Made by a program: the position numbers and the translations under genes
The notes under the pieces: generated by a model
The model's input: only the letters and a program-made list of their open reading frames with translations
The model's database searches: none
Told to the model about the DNA's origin: nothing
Part shown: one piece after another, positions 7,735 through 18,707 of the stretch
Layout of the letters: every line of letters begins with the position of its first letter
Position numbering within the stretch: the stretch's first letter is position 1
Virus record (IMG/VR): IMGVR_UViG_3300036466_000103
Coordinates: 1-64,000 of that record
Strand: one strand, 5' to 3'
DNA: 64,000 bases
Origin: a virus

Positions 7735-10700
7735 GTTACAGATAAAGGTGGATGCTGTCCCTATTGAGAAGGGGACAAAAGCTCTAAATGATTTTGCTGT
7801 AGCTGCTGAGAAAGCTAGTACAGCAACAGATAAGAAACGTGTGTCAGATGAGAGCTTAGCTACAGCTTCTAAGAAAGTGGCTACAGAGGCTGATAACACA
7901 GCTAAGGCTGCTGAGAGACAGAACAAGGAGTTTGAAGCTCTCCTTGGAAAGATTGATCCTATTACAAAGAAGCTCAATGACCTTGCTAAGCAAGAATCCA
8001 CATTGTTCGCCAACAAAGGTAATCTTTCTACAGCAGCGTTTGATTCATACAATGCAAAGATTCAAGAGTCTCTGGAAAAGATACTAGGACTTGGACAGGC
8101 ACAGACAAAAGTTGCTCAGACTTCTACAGATGTTCCAGATCGTCTCCAGAAGATCGCTCAGGCTGCGTACAACGCTGCACAAGGGCAAGAGAACCTCACC
8201 ACTGCCTTACGTGGCGCTAGTGAGGCTGAGCAGGGTCTAGTAAGCTCTGGGGCTGTAGAAGCTTCTAATCAAAGAGCTGACGCTGCACTAAAAGAATACA
8301 ACGCAAAGAGAAATCTCACAGACGCCACGACTGGAGCTGCTACAGCTCAAAGGTCTCAGTCTGATTCTCTGCAAGACCTTCTGACAAAGATTGACCCAGC
8401 AACAAAGAAGCTTAATGAATTAGACCGTCTCCAGAAGGAACTTAGCAAACAACGTGATCTTGGTTTTATTGACAATGACACGTTCACTCGTTACAACAAC
8501 ACTATTGAGCTTAGCAGACAAGCCACTTCCCGATTCAGTGAAGGGTTACAAAACTCAGGCAAGACAGCCAAAGAGACAGCGTTCGCCCTACGTGGTCTTC
8601 CTGCTCAGTTTACAGACATCGTGGTATCCTTGCAAGGTGGACAAGCACCTCTCACTGTTCTGCTACAACAAGGTGGGCAGATCAAGGACATGTTTGGTGG
8701 TATTGCTCCAGCGTTGAGGGCTGTTGGTGGCGCCCTTGTAGCAATGATCACTCCAGTAACCGTTGGTGCTGCTGCCGTTGGTGCACTAGCTGTAGCTGCC
8801 TATAGTGGTTCTCAGGAACTCACAGCATTCAATAGAGCCCTCACCCTAACTAATAACGTTGCGGGTGTTAGTGCAAGTCAGTTTAGTCAGTATCGTGATG
8901 CACTCGATAGTACAGTGACAACATCTGGTAAAGCTGCTGAAGCACTCACCCTAATTGCCGCTGGTGGTAAGGTTGCTGGTGATCAGTTTGTAGCAGTAGC
9001 TGAGTCGGCTGTTCTGTTTGAGAAAGCAACAGGGCAAGCGATCACAGAGACAATTGCTGACTTCAATGCTCTTGGTAAAGACCCTGTAGATGCAGCTATT
9101 CGTCTAGATGAGAAGTACAGATTTCTCACAGCATCTGTCTTAGAACAAGCCAGAGCCCTTGTTGAAGTTGGTAATGAAAGTGATGCTTCTGCACTCCTGC
9201 AAGATAAGCTAGCTGAAGCTACAACCAGTGCTGCAACAAAGGTGATCGAACAAGCAGGCTATATGGAGACAGCCTGGAACAAGGTTAAAGGTGCAATCAC
9301 AGGAACCTGGGATGTTCTTAAAAGTATTGGTCGAGATAACACAACATCTGATAACCTAAAGGACCTTCAAGAAGCCAACCGTCTGATTGAGTTGCAAGTA
9401 CGTGGCTCTCAGAATATACAAACAACCTTCACTGAAGAGCGTCTGGCTAAGGATAAGATCTACCAGCAGAATAAGGTTGCTATCACCCAGCTTGAACAAC
9501 GAATTCAGTACGAGAAGCTGGCTGCCGATCAGCAAAGAGAGACAGAGCAAGCCCGAACTGCCCAGGTAAGCGGGACTAACGCTGCTCTTAAGCTTAATGA
9601 GTCTGGGCTAGATGCAGTTTCAAAAGCTGAGAAAAGACTGAGCGATGTGCGACTACAGAACCAGAAGATTCTTGATGCGTCTAAGGTAACTGGTGATGAT
9701 GTTAGTGCAGAGACAAGAGTAAAGCTCGCACAGAATGAGGCTAAAGCTGTTGAGGATGTTGCTAAGGCTAAAGAGAAAGCTAATAAGACACCAAGCACTC
9801 CAATTGATACTCGTGGTGTAAGTGAGGTAAGAAACAACCTCAAAGAGCTTACAGCAGAATATGATGGTTACTACAAGAAGGTAACAGCTCTTGGTGAGGC
9901 TAACATTGTTTCTGCTGAAGCCACTTACCAATCTCAGAAAGCAATCCTTGAAGCTCAGAAGGATGCTGTATCCCAAGCCTATGATGCTCAAGTACAAGCT
10001 ATCAAAGACTTACAAGGTAACAAGAAGAACTCTGCATCTCAGAATATTTCTTTAGAGAATCAACTGTCTAAAGCTGAGAGTGATAGAGTTGTTGCCTTGG
10101 AGAAGCTTGATACTAAGCAAGAAGAGCTTCAAGCTAAAGAGAAGGGACGCCTTGATAAACGTACAGCCTCCATAAGCGCCTACAAGGCTGCTCTAGACGC
10201 TCAATTAGAGAGTCTTAGTGAGTCTGGCTCTCGTGCTGTTGAGAACGCTGGGAGAGGTGATGCAGCCTCTGTAGTAGCCACTCAGTTGGCTGACAATGAC
10301 AGGTCTTTTGATAAACAACAAAGACAGCTTGCTAAGTCTCTTGGGGAGGGTATGGACCCCACTGAGTACGCCACTAACCTCAAGAATCTGCAAGATGCTC
10401 ATACAGCAATGACAGAGCAAATCTTGCAGAACAACGAAGACCTTGAAGCCTCCAATGCAGACTGGACCAACGGTTTCACTAAGGCGGTTGAGAACGCTGC
10501 TGCTGATGGTCGTAACTTTGCCAAGGCTACTGAGACTGCTGTATCTGGTGCATTTGATAGTATGGGTGATGCTCTTGCAACATTCGTAACTACAGGTAAG
10601 CTAGACTTCAAGTCTTTGGCACTCAGCATCATATCCGACCTTGCTAAGATTGCAGCCCGCACAGCTGCTAGCCAAGCACTCAGCTCTCTGTTTGGTGTTG

Positions 10701-11176
10701 CCTCCTCAGCCTTAGGTGGAGTTAGCACAGGCGTTTCTGCCGCTACAACATCTGGCTTTAGTGAGTATGGACAAATCACTACGCAAGCCAAAGGTGGCGG
10801 CTGGGATGGTGGTAAGCAGTTCTTCGCTCAAGGTGGGACATTTACCAACAGTATTGTATCCGCTGCAACTTCCTTCCCAATATCTGGTGGTAAGACAGGT
10901 GTTATGGGGGAAGCTGGTCCTGAAGCTATTGTTCCTCTTGCTCGTGCTGCTGATGGTAGTTTGGGTGTAAGACAGATTGGTGGAAGTGACTCTAAAGGTG
11001 GAGTTGTAGTTTATGTAACTATCACCGGAGATGGTGCAACCACTGAAACTAGTGACGCTGGTTATCAAGGTTTCGGTAAAGAAATAGGTGATTACATTGA
11101 TAACAGATATAGAACTTTACAGGAAGCTGACTTACGTTCTGGTGGTGTTCTAAACCGTGCTATCAAAGAGACGTGA
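7709..11176 (+). CDS. tape measure protein
   Basis: 1155 aa, Ala/Gln/Lys-rich helical repeats with a central hydrophobic Gly/Ala segment, positioned after G/GT. The start could instead be ATG 7718. Confidence 0.9.
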   Translation: MSKMPTIAELQIKVDAVPIEKGTKALNDFAVAAEKASTATDKKRVSDESLATASKKVATEADNTAKAAERQNKEFEALLGKIDPITKKLNDLAKQESTLFANKGNLSTAAFDSYNAKIQESLEKILGLGQAQTKVAQTSTDVPDRLQKIAQAAYNAAQGQENLTTALRGASEAEQGLVSSGAVEASNQRADAALKEYNAKRNLTDATTGAATAQRSQSDSLQDLLTKIDPATKKLNELDRLQKELSKQRDLGFIDNDTFTRYNNTIELSRQATSRFSEGLQNSGKTAKETAFALRGLPAQFTDIVVSLQGGQAPLTVLLQQGGQIKDMFGGIAPALRAVGGALVAMITPVTVGAAAVGALAVAAYSGSQELTAFNRALTLTNNVAGVSASQFSQYRDALDSTVTTSGKAAEALTLIAAGGKVAGDQFVAVAESAVLFEKATGQAITETIADFNALGKDPVDAAIRLDEKYRFLTASVLEQARALVEVGNESDASALLQDKLAEATTSAATKVIEQAGYMETAWNKVKGAITGTWDVLKSIGRDNTTSDNLKDLQEANRLIELQVRGSQNIQTTFTEERLAKDKIYQQNKVAITQLEQRIQYEKLAADQQRETEQARTAQVSGTNAALKLNESGLDAVSKAEKRLSDVRLQNQKILDASKVTGDDVSAETRVKLAQNEAKAVEDVAKAKEKANKTPSTPIDTRGVSEVRNNLKELTAEYDGYYKKVTALGEANIVSAEATYQSQKAILEAQKDAVSQAYDAQVQAIKDLQGNKKNSASQNISLENQLSKAESDRVVALEKLDTKQEELQAKEKGRLDKRTASISAYKAALDAQLESLSESGSRAVENAGRGDAASVVATQLADNDRSFDKQQRQLAKSLGEGMDPTEYATNLKNLQDAHTAMTEQILQNNEDLEASNADWTNGFTKAVENAAADGRNFAKATETAVSGAFDSMGDALATFVTTGKLDFKSLALSIISDLAKIAARTAASQALSSLFGVASSALGGVSTGVSAATTSGFSEYGQITTQAKGGGWDGGKQFFAQGGTFTNSIVSAATSFPISGGKTGVMGEAGPEAIVPLARAADGSLGVRQIGGSDSKGGVVVYVTITGDGATTETSDAGYQGFGKEIGDYIDNRYRTLQEADLRSGGVLNRAIKET

Positions 11177-11219
11177 TATTGACAAAAAATAATAAAAAGT
11201 AATAAACTGTAAAACTATT

Positions 11220-11249
11220 GGGGAAACTAAGTGTTCCCCATTTTTATTT
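11220..11249 (+). terminator. rho-independent terminator after the tape measure gene
   Basis: Stem GGGGAA/TTCCCC, then ATTTTTATTT. Confidence 0.7.
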
Positions 11250-11262
11250 CTGGAGAGTGTTT

Positions 11263-11610
11263 ATGGCAGTAGAAACTTTTACGTGGAAAGTTGAGAGTGG
11301 TGTGTCCTCTACAATTGACTACAGAGTTGTAGAAACACAGTTTGGTGATGGTTATGCACAGATTAGTTCCGATGGTATTAACACTAAGAACGAGTCTTAC
11401 GGTATTAAAGTTCATGCCCTAAAAGATAAAGCCAAAGTTATTATGGCTTTCTTTGACAGACATAAAGGAGCAAAGAGCTTCTTCTGGACTCCTCCGCTGG
11501 GTGAGCTTGGTTTATACACTTGTAAAGACCCTAAGCCTGCTGATGTTGGTGGTGGACTTTACACAATCAGTGGTACATTCGTTAAGGTGTTTGCAAGTAT
11601 AGGGGTTTAA
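11263..11610 (+). CDS. minor tail protein M-like
   Basis: ATG 11263 with RBS GGAGAG. Position is between the tape measure and the gpL-like gene. Confidence 0.7.
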   Translation: MAVETFTWKVESGVSSTIDYRVVETQFGDGYAQISSDGINTKNESYGIKVHALKDKAKVIMAFFDRHKGAKSFFWTPPLGELGLYTCKDPKPADVGGGLYTISGTFVKVFASIGV

Positions 11611-11611
11611 T

Positions 11612-12352
11612 ATGGCGAGAGTAGATATTCATGAAGTTATTCAAAGCTTAGAGCCTGGCTCAAAAGTAAAGTTAATTGAAGTTGATTGCACTGAGTTTGG
11701 TGGCGACATCTTAAGGTTCCACAACTACGAAGTCCCTCATACAGAGGCTGAGCTACTTGCCTATCAAGCAGCAGGGGTTGAGACAATCCCCAGCAAACCA
11801 ATTCTCTGGAAAGGGGAGGAGTATGAGTGCTGGCCTTATCGAATGGATGGCGTTGAAATGGACGGTACAGGCTCCAGCCCTACACCAAAGCTTCAAGTAG
11901 CCAACATTGATGGCAGTATTAGTACACTCTGTCTTTTACTTCAGAACTTGTTTATGGCTAAGGTTACAGAGACTACAACGTTTGAGCAGTACCTGGATAA
12001 CGGTGATGATGCCGATCCTGATATGTCATTCATTCAAACTTGGTATATCTCACGCAAGATGAGTGAGAATGAAAGGTCTGTAACATTCCAACTGTCATCC
12101 CCTGCTGAATTATCTGGTCAAAAAGTACCAAGACGCCTTATCTACTCCATGTGTCACTGGGCACTTAATGGGGGGTATCGCGGCCCTGATTGTGGTTATA
12201 CAGGTGATGTGTTCTTTACAGACAAAGGTCAACCTACAGATAACCCCGCTGAGGATGTTTGTGGTGGATTATGCCTTGATTGCAAACTAAGGTTTGGTGA
12301 AGAGAATCAACTACCGTTTGGTGGGTTTATTGCTAGTAGCTTGATTAGCTAA
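11612..12352 (+). CDS. minor tail protein L-like
   Basis: gpL position. A C-terminal Cys cluster (CGYTG...CGGLCLDC) recalls the Fe-S site of lambda gpL. Confidence 0.8.
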   Translation: MARVDIHEVIQSLEPGSKVKLIEVDCTEFGGDILRFHNYEVPHTEAELLAYQAAGVETIPSKPILWKGEEYECWPYRMDGVEMDGTGSSPTPKLQVANIDGSISTLCLLLQNLFMAKVTETTTFEQYLDNGDDADPDMSFIQTWYISRKMSENERSVTFQLSSPAELSGQKVPRRLIYSMCHWALNGGYRGPDCGYTGDVFFTDKGQPTDNPAEDVCGGLCLDCKLRFGEENQLPFGGFIASSLIS

Positions 12353-12362
12353 GGAGATTAGA

Positions 12363-13178
12363 ATGGACGGCAAGATTGTTGCACCAAAGAAGCTAAAGAG
12401 TGGAACAATTAAATCCATTCTAAAACATGCTGAGATGGGCTATCCTGAAGAAGTATGTGGTGTTGTTATTATCACACCAACAGGATCTGAGAAATACGTT
12501 AAGTGTAAGAACATCGCTAAAGATCCTAAACAAGATTTCAAGATGTGCCCTGAGTCATATGCTGATGCAGAAGACTTAGGAGAAGTAGTTGGTATTTGTC
12601 ACTCCCATCCAGACGCCACAACAAACCCAAGCTCTTACGATATGGCAATCATGAGCAACAATCGGGAGATTGAGCTTTCCATTGACCCCGACAGCAGCCC
12701 TGTTCCTTGGCACATTGTATCTTGGCCGGAAGGTGATTACAAACAAATAATTCCAGAGGTTAAAGATAATCTTCTTGGTCGCCCTTTTGTCCACAACTTC
12801 TGGGACTGCTGGCAAGTATGTAACGACTACTATCAGAAATACCACGGGTTAAGCTTTGAAAGATACGAGAGAGAAGACAGCTGGTGGGAGATTAAAGATG
12901 GTCCTAGCTTGTACATGGAACAGTTTGAGAAAGCTGGCTTCTATGAAGTAAGTAATCCGGAAGTTGGTGATATGATTGTTATGCAGATTGGCAGATCTTA
13001 TCATCCCAACCATGCTGGCATATACCTCGGTAATACAAGTGTATTTGAAGACAGGAATCTTTATGGTGGACCATTCATGCTCCATCACATGTATAACAAG
13101 AACTCTGAGATTGTTGTCTATGGTGGTCAGTGGCTCAATCGTACAAGGGTTGTGCTAAGACACAAAGGAGTTAAGTAA
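12363..13178 (+). CDS. tail tip assembly protein K-like (JAMM/MPN plus NlpC/P60)
   Basis: JAMM motif GICHSHPDATTNPSSYD. The C-terminal half is NlpC/P60-like. Confidence 0.85.
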   Translation: MDGKIVAPKKLKSGTIKSILKHAEMGYPEEVCGVVIITPTGSEKYVKCKNIAKDPKQDFKMCPESYADAEDLGEVVGICHSHPDATTNPSSYDMAIMSNNREIELSIDPDSSPVPWHIVSWPEGDYKQIIPEVKDNLLGRPFVHNFWDCWQVCNDYYQKYHGLSFERYEREDSWWEIKDGPSLYMEQFEKAGFYEVSNPEVGDMIVMQIGRSYHPNHAGIYLGNTSVFEDRNLYGGPFMLHHMYNKNSEIVVYGGQWLNRTRVVLRHKGVK

Positions 13179-13180
13179 AT

Positions 13181-13756
13181 ATGGCTATGGCAGTTAGTGG
13201 AGAGAGATGGGTTGAAGTGAGGCTTGGTGGCTACCTTAGAAAACTTGGGGCGTCACATAATTTCTTAGTTAGAAATCCAAGAGAGGCAATCAAGGCCACA
13301 TGTATGCAAGTACCTGGGTTCAAAGATGCAATGAAGAAGTCTGAAGCCAAAGGTATCACATTTGCTGTATTCAATGGCAAGCACAACATTGGAAGTGTAG
13401 AAGAGTTTGATTTTAAGTGTAAAGATAAAATTCGTATCCTACCAGTTTATCAAGGTAGTAAAAGAGCTGGGCTTTTCCAAACAGTTCTTGGTGTTGTTCT
13501 TACAGTAGTCGGTTTTGTATACCAACCACTTCTTCCTCTGGGCCTGAGCCTACTCGCTGGTGGTATTGTGCAGATGTTAGCACCACAACCTCAAGGTTTG
13601 AAAGTGAGGGAAGACAGTGACAACTCTGCGTCATATGCATTTGGTGGGCCTGTGAACACAACAGCCCAAGGCAACCCTATTGGAGTCCTTTATGGAGAAC
13701 GTGAAGTGGGGGGTGCCATTATTTCAGCAGGCATTCTTGCCGAAGATCAACAATAA
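13181..13756 (+). CDS. tail assembly protein I-like
   Basis: gpI position. Hydrophobic Gly-rich C-terminal part. Confidence 0.7.
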   Translation: MAMAVSGERWVEVRLGGYLRKLGASHNFLVRNPREAIKATCMQVPGFKDAMKKSEAKGITFAVFNGKHNIGSVEEFDFKCKDKIRILPVYQGSKRAGLFQTVLGVVLTVVGFVYQPLLPLGLSLLAGGIVQMLAPQPQGLKVREDSDNSASYAFGGPVNTTAQGNPIGVLYGEREVGGAIISAGILAEDQQ

Positions 13757-13766
13757 GGAGACAGCG

Positions 13767-16700
13767 GTGACTTTAATTGATAACGATACAACAAGTGACT
13801 GCACTGTCTTAAGTGTTGATTATGAGGCAAGAGACGTTCCAGTAGAAACAAATACATTATATATTGAAGGTGGTAAAGGAGGGGAGGAAGAAGCTCATAC
13901 TCCAGTAGAGAGCCCAAATAACCTGCTGTCTATTGCTTATGCTAAAGTCCTTGTAGCAGTAGCTGAGGGGGAGTTGGCAGGTAATCCTACTGGTCGGGAT
14001 ATCTACCTAAACGGTACTCCCTTAATCGGTCCTGGTGGGGAACAGAACTTTGGTGGTGTTACTTGGGAGTGGCGTAGTGGTAGACAAGACCAGACGTACA
14101 TTCAAGGTATGCCAGAGGTCTCTAACGAGACTACAGTCAGCTTCACACTGAATCAAGCCACTCCTTGGGTGAGACAACTAACAAAGACTTCACTGTCTGC
14201 TGCTCGTATTACAATTTCAGTACCAGCACTCTTACAACAACTTACAAACGGCGACACTGTTGGTTATGCTGTGTCTTATGCTGTGGACGTTGCAACAGAT
14301 GGTGGTGCGTATGTAGAATATGCAACGTACACTATCTCAGGCAAGACAAACACCACGTATGAGCGTACACACCGCATTGACCTTCCAAAGAACCCCTCGT
14401 CTGGTTGGACCCTTCGCGTAAGACGAATCACACCAAACTCTCAATCAAGCAGTATTCAAGATACCATAACAATCAAGTCTTTTACAGAAGTTGTGGACGC
14501 AAAGCAGTCATACCCAAATACAGCTCTGTTGTTCGTACAGTTTGACTCTCGTCTCTTTGGTGGTGGCAGTATCCCAAAGATTTCTGTCAAGGTCAAAGGA
14601 CGTATTATACGTATCCCTGATAACTATGACCCTGAGACCAGAGTCTATTCTGGAGTTTGGTCTGGTGCATTCAAATGGGGGTACACAGACAACCCAGCTT
14701 GGGTATTTTATGACATCGTTACACAAGAACGCTTCGGTCTTGGAAACAGAGTCACACCAGATCAAGTTAGTAAGTGGGAGATGTATGAGATTGCCCAGTA
14801 TTGTGACGTGATGGTAGATGACGGTACTGGAGCTGGTACAAAAGAGCCAAGATACACTTGTAACATATACATTCAGCAAGTTGCTGACGCATGGCAGGTG
14901 CTAAGAGATATCTGTAGTATCTTTAACGGTATGACCTACTGGAACGGTGAGCAGTTTGTGGCTGCTGCTGATAAGCCTGAGCCTACCGATAATATTCCAA
15001 TCTTCTCAAGATCTAACGTTGTTGGTGACTTTGATTATCAAACATCAGATGAAAGGTCTATATACACATCTGCTCTAATTAGTTATGATGATCCAACTGA
15101 CCACTACAATTCACAAGTTGAAGCCAGTTGGGAGCGTAGCGAGATTGTAAGATGGAAGGGTGATAGACAAGTAAGCCTCTCTGCCGTTGGTTGTACATCA
15201 AGAGGTGAGGCACAGCGTAAGGGTAAGTACACACTCCTTACCAACATGCTCAACAGAAGTGTTGTGTTCCGCACTGGTCTGCAAGGCTTGGATGAAAAAG
15301 TCTTACCTGGCGAGATTGTCGGTGTTGCTGATCCCCTGATTGCAGGAAAACCATTCACTGGTAGACTGACAGCGGGGACAAATCAAGTTGTAACGCTTGA
15401 TAGGGACACGGAAGCTAAAGCTGGTGATAAGCTCTTTGTTTCCCAAAGAGACGGTAGTAGTGTTGGACGCACCGTCCGAGAAGTAAGTGGTCGTGTCGTC
15501 ACTGTCACTGCCGAATACCCTGAGATTCCACTTAAAGATTCTGTATGGTATCTTGAAGCTTCTGACCTGAAGTCTCAATTGTTCAAAGTGACTAAGATCA
15601 CACAACCAGATGAGGGCGTCTACGAACTCACTGCTGTTGAATACAACGAGAGCAAGTTTCAAGCTGTAGATACAGGTGCCAGACTAGAGGCGCGTCCTGT
15701 CAGCAAAGTACCACCATCCTTTATCGTTCCACCAGATCCTATCACTGTAACAGCAAGCACGTTTATTGAGCAAACTCTGTCAGTGACGACAATGCTTGTT
15801 AGTTGGAACAGTGTAGAAAACGCTGTACTATATGAAGGTCAGTTCCGTGTAGGACAAGGTGACTGGATTGCTTTGGGAACAACAGGTGCTAATGAGTTTG
15901 ATGTTAAGGGTATTTATACTGGTAACTACATTGCCCGAGTAAGATCTATCAATGCAATGGGTGTTAAGAGTGTTTGGGGAATGAGTGACACAACAGTCCT
16001 TGTTGGTAAAGTTGGTAGTCCTCCTACAGTTGCATATCTCAACACAACCCCTAACTTCCTCGGAATTGATTTGGCTTGGGGTTTCAGAGATAACTCAGAA
16101 GATACCCTCCGTAGTGAGATAATGTACGGAGAGACAAGTGTATTCGAAGAAGCAATACGGCTTGGTGACTTTGCTTACCCTATATCTAACCACAGTATTC
16201 GTGGTCTCAGTGCAGGTAAGAAGTTATACTTCTGGATACGTCTTATCGACCGTACCGGCAACCAAGGTCCATGGACTCCTACAGAGCTTCAGGCTGGTAT
16301 TGAGGGTCAGAGTAAGACAAACGACAATGGTGAGTACAATGAGTATTTCGCTGGTGTGATTGGGGACACAGCCCTTGATACAGACTTGTTTGATAAGATC
16401 GACAAGATTGAGGGTAATGGACCTGGGAGCGTCAATGATCGTATTGACCAAGCTGTAAGTGACCTTGAGGATCAGATTCAGAACATCACAGATGCACTGG
16501 TGTATGATCCTGAGAAGTCTTACCTTCAAGGCGACATTGTAAGGCTTGGACAGAAACTCTACCAAGCTCAGCAAGCCGTCCCTGTTGGTGAGTCCCCTCC
16601 TAATGAACTCTATTGGAAAGACGTTGGTACAATCCTTGAAGATGCTAACAACCTTGCTGCTCGTGTTGAGGTTGTGGAAGTTAAGGTTGTAGAGATTGAT

Positions 16701-17687
16701 GACAAGGTGACTTCTGTTGTTACGTCCATTGAGAGTATTCAAGCGGCGTACAGAGATGATGATGGTACTGGTGCAATGGATGATGCTATCGCTGGATGGG
16801 ATAGTAGGGCACAGATAACTACAGAGAGGGAAGTACGAGCCAGTGCTGATGAAGCCTTTGCTAGTGAACTTGTTATATTCAAAGCTGAAGTTGATGATAA
16901 CGCAGCTAAGATCACTACACTGACACAAGTGGTAAGTGATAATGAGTCTGCAACAGCCACTCGACTAGATGCTCTTGAGACTCAGGTTGGTGATGACATC
17001 CAAGCAGCTATCAGAAATGAAGCTGAAGCTCGTGCAACAGGTGATGAGGCCCTGGCTAGCAATATCGAGACACTGAGTGCAAGCATCACCACAGAACTCA
17101 CTGAAACCAATGCTAAGGTTCAGACAGAACAAGAGGCAAGGGTTACAGCTGATAGCGCATTAGCTACTCGTATAGACACTGTAGAAGTTTCTGTTGGTGA
17201 AAACTCAGGCTCCATCCAAGAAGTTCGTACAGCACAGATTGCAACAGACGGGAAAGTTAATACAGCTTGGACTCTTAAGATGGAAGTTCAAGATGGTGAC
17301 AAGTATGTTGCTGCTGGTATTGGGTTGGGCATTGAGAATGGTCCTGCTGGTCTACAGAGTCAATTCCTTGTTCGTGCTGATAGGTTTGCTGTCATTGGTG
17401 GTACTGGTACTACAGAGATGGCTCCATTCGTCGTAGAGGGGGGTCAAGTTTATATCAGTCAAGCCTTGATTGGTACTGGCTGGATCACCAATGCAATGAT
17501 TGGTAACGTTATTCAGAGTAATAACTATGTTGTCAACAGTACAGGGTGGAGGCTGGATAAAGCAGGCACTCTTGAGATAAATGGCACCGCTGTTGGCGGT
17601 GGAAGACTAACAATCACGAATAGGGCCGTTAAAGTCTACGATGAAAATGGGGTACTTCGTGTGCAGCTTGGGGATCTAACAGCATGA
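13767..17687 (+). CDS. central tail fibre / host specificity protein J-like
   Basis: About 1306 aa. GTG 13767 follows AAGGAG; the ORF-track start at 13680 overlaps gene I. Long coiled A/E/T-rich region near the C-terminus. Confidence 0.9.
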   Translation: MTLIDNDTTSDCTVLSVDYEARDVPVETNTLYIEGGKGGEEEAHTPVESPNNLLSIAYAKVLVAVAEGELAGNPTGRDIYLNGTPLIGPGGEQNFGGVTWEWRSGRQDQTYIQGMPEVSNETTVSFTLNQATPWVRQLTKTSLSAARITISVPALLQQLTNGDTVGYAVSYAVDVATDGGAYVEYATYTISGKTNTTYERTHRIDLPKNPSSGWTLRVRRITPNSQSSSIQDTITIKSFTEVVDAKQSYPNTALLFVQFDSRLFGGGSIPKISVKVKGRIIRIPDNYDPETRVYSGVWSGAFKWGYTDNPAWVFYDIVTQERFGLGNRVTPDQVSKWEMYEIAQYCDVMVDDGTGAGTKEPRYTCNIYIQQVADAWQVLRDICSIFNGMTYWNGEQFVAAADKPEPTDNIPIFSRSNVVGDFDYQTSDERSIYTSALISYDDPTDHYNSQVEASWERSEIVRWKGDRQVSLSAVGCTSRGEAQRKGKYTLLTNMLNRSVVFRTGLQGLDEKVLPGEIVGVADPLIAGKPFTGRLTAGTNQVVTLDRDTEAKAGDKLFVSQRDGSSVGRTVREVSGRVVTVTAEYPEIPLKDSVWYLEASDLKSQLFKVTKITQPDEGVYELTAVEYNESKFQAVDTGARLEARPVSKVPPSFIVPPDPITVTASTFIEQTLSVTTMLVSWNSVENAVLYEGQFRVGQGDWIALGTTGANEFDVKGIYTGNYIARVRSINAMGVKSVWGMSDTTVLVGKVGSPPTVAYLNTTPNFLGIDLAWGFRDNSEDTLRSEIMYGETSVFEEAIRLGDFAYPISNHSIRGLSAGKKLYFWIRLIDRTGNQGPWTPTELQAGIEGQSKTNDNGEYNEYFAGVIGDTALDTDLFDKIDKIEGNGPGSVNDRIDQAVSDLEDQIQNITDALVYDPEKSYLQGDIVRLGQKLYQAQQAVPVGESPPNELYWKDVGTILEDANNLAARVEVVEVKVVEIDDKVTSVVTSIESIQAAYRDDDGTGAMDDAIAGWDSRAQITTEREVRASADEAFASELVIFKAEVDDNAAKITTLTQVVSDNESATATRLDALETQVGDDIQAAIRNEAEARATGDEALASNIETLSASITTELTETNAKVQTEQEARVTADSALATRIDTVEVSVGENSGSIQEVRTAQIATDGKVNTAWTLKMEVQDGDKYVAAGIGLGIENGPAGLQSQFLVRADRFAVIGGTGTTEMAPFVVEGGQVYISQALIGTGWITNAMIGNVIQSNNYVVNSTGWRLDKAGTLEINGTAVGGGRLTITNRAVKVYDENGVLRVQLGDLTA

Positions 17688-18025
17688 GCTTCGGAATGAG
17701 AATATGGGGGCCGACTGGCTTCCTTGAGTTAGATGAGAACTCCTTTACAGTAAGGGTTATATATTCAGAGGTAGTTCAAGCAGGTCAACCAAGTCCGGGA
17801 TATACAAGGTATATATCTATACCTGGCGTCGATCCTTCCACCCATTCTGCTGTCTGCGTCCCAATTGCAAACTATGATACCGCCGGCACAAGTATGTATG
17901 CTATCCAATATATCCCTATATTATCTTCTGGTGGAGTGACAATATATTTCGGACAGCCTGGCGCACCCTCTGGATCATCTCTCGGCTTGGCTCCACAGAG
18001 ACTTATTGTTATGAGGTATCGGTAA
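17684..18025 (+). CDS. hypothetical tail-associated protein
   Basis: ATGA overlap with the J stop. The N-terminal motif MSFGMRIW..LD is shared with the next ORF. Confidence 0.45.
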   Translation: MSFGMRIWGPTGFLELDENSFTVRVIYSEVVQAGQPSPGYTRYISIPGVDPSTHSAVCVPIANYDTAGTSMYAIQYIPILSSGGVTIYFGQPGAPSGSSLGLAPQRLIVMRYR

Positions 18026-18678
18026 TGTCTTATGGGCTAACGTTTACAAATAACAATGACGTGGTAACGCTTGACTCTGAATTTTCTAGGCTTGTCGTTT
18101 TAGCAAGCGGCACATATAGCGGAGTCGGCGGAGCCGGAGCGTCGTTCCCGTTCGTCATCACCACTCAAGAGCCACCGCTTGTTTTCGTGAGGCCAGCCCA
18201 GTCAAACACCCTGTGTTTCTGCAAGCTATCAGGAGGCGCCGGAGCCTGGACAGGATTTTCGTTTACTGGTATAGCCGGAGTTGGAACATCTGGGAACTGG
18301 TTTGCTGCCGCTTTCCAATCCAAGGAGCTAGCCACCTTCGGGCTAAGATTATGGGATGGTAATTCAAAACTGCTGTTTGATAATGGTACGGCCTGCGCTC
18401 AGTTCACAAGAACGATTACAGGCTGGTCATATTTAGGTTCGTCCCCAACAGGGCAAGGTACATCAAGACTTAGCTGGACAGCATATAGCCCACTTGGTTC
18501 TGGTGACTATATGCTCCTTAATAATATTGCAATGGATGTTGCAGGTCTTACATCTCGGCAGGGAAATCAATATGCCGTGTGGGACTATGGTAATGATAGG
18601 CTTGTTATGCAAGTTGTCGGGGTTGATATCTCAACGTCTTACTATACACCTGTCGTATTCGCTAAACCTATTTCGTAA
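18025..18678 (+). CDS. hypothetical tail-associated protein, Gly/Ala-rich
   Basis: TAATG overlap with the upstream gene. Contains two copies of an FG(L/M)x(L/I)W..LD-like motif. Codon usage is visibly GC-richer than the neighbours. Confidence 0.45.
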   Translation: MSYGLTFTNNNDVVTLDSEFSRLVVLASGTYSGVGGAGASFPFVITTQEPPLVFVRPAQSNTLCFCKLSGGAGAWTGFSFTGIAGVGTSGNWFAAAFQSKELATFGLRLWDGNSKLLFDNGTACAQFTRTITGWSYLGSSPTGQGTSRLSWTAYSPLGSGDYMLLNNIAMDVAGLTSRQGNQYAVWDYGNDRLVMQVVGVDISTSYYTPVVFAKPIS

Positions 18679-18707
18679 GGTCCATTTCATAAAACAGGAG
18701 ATGATAA

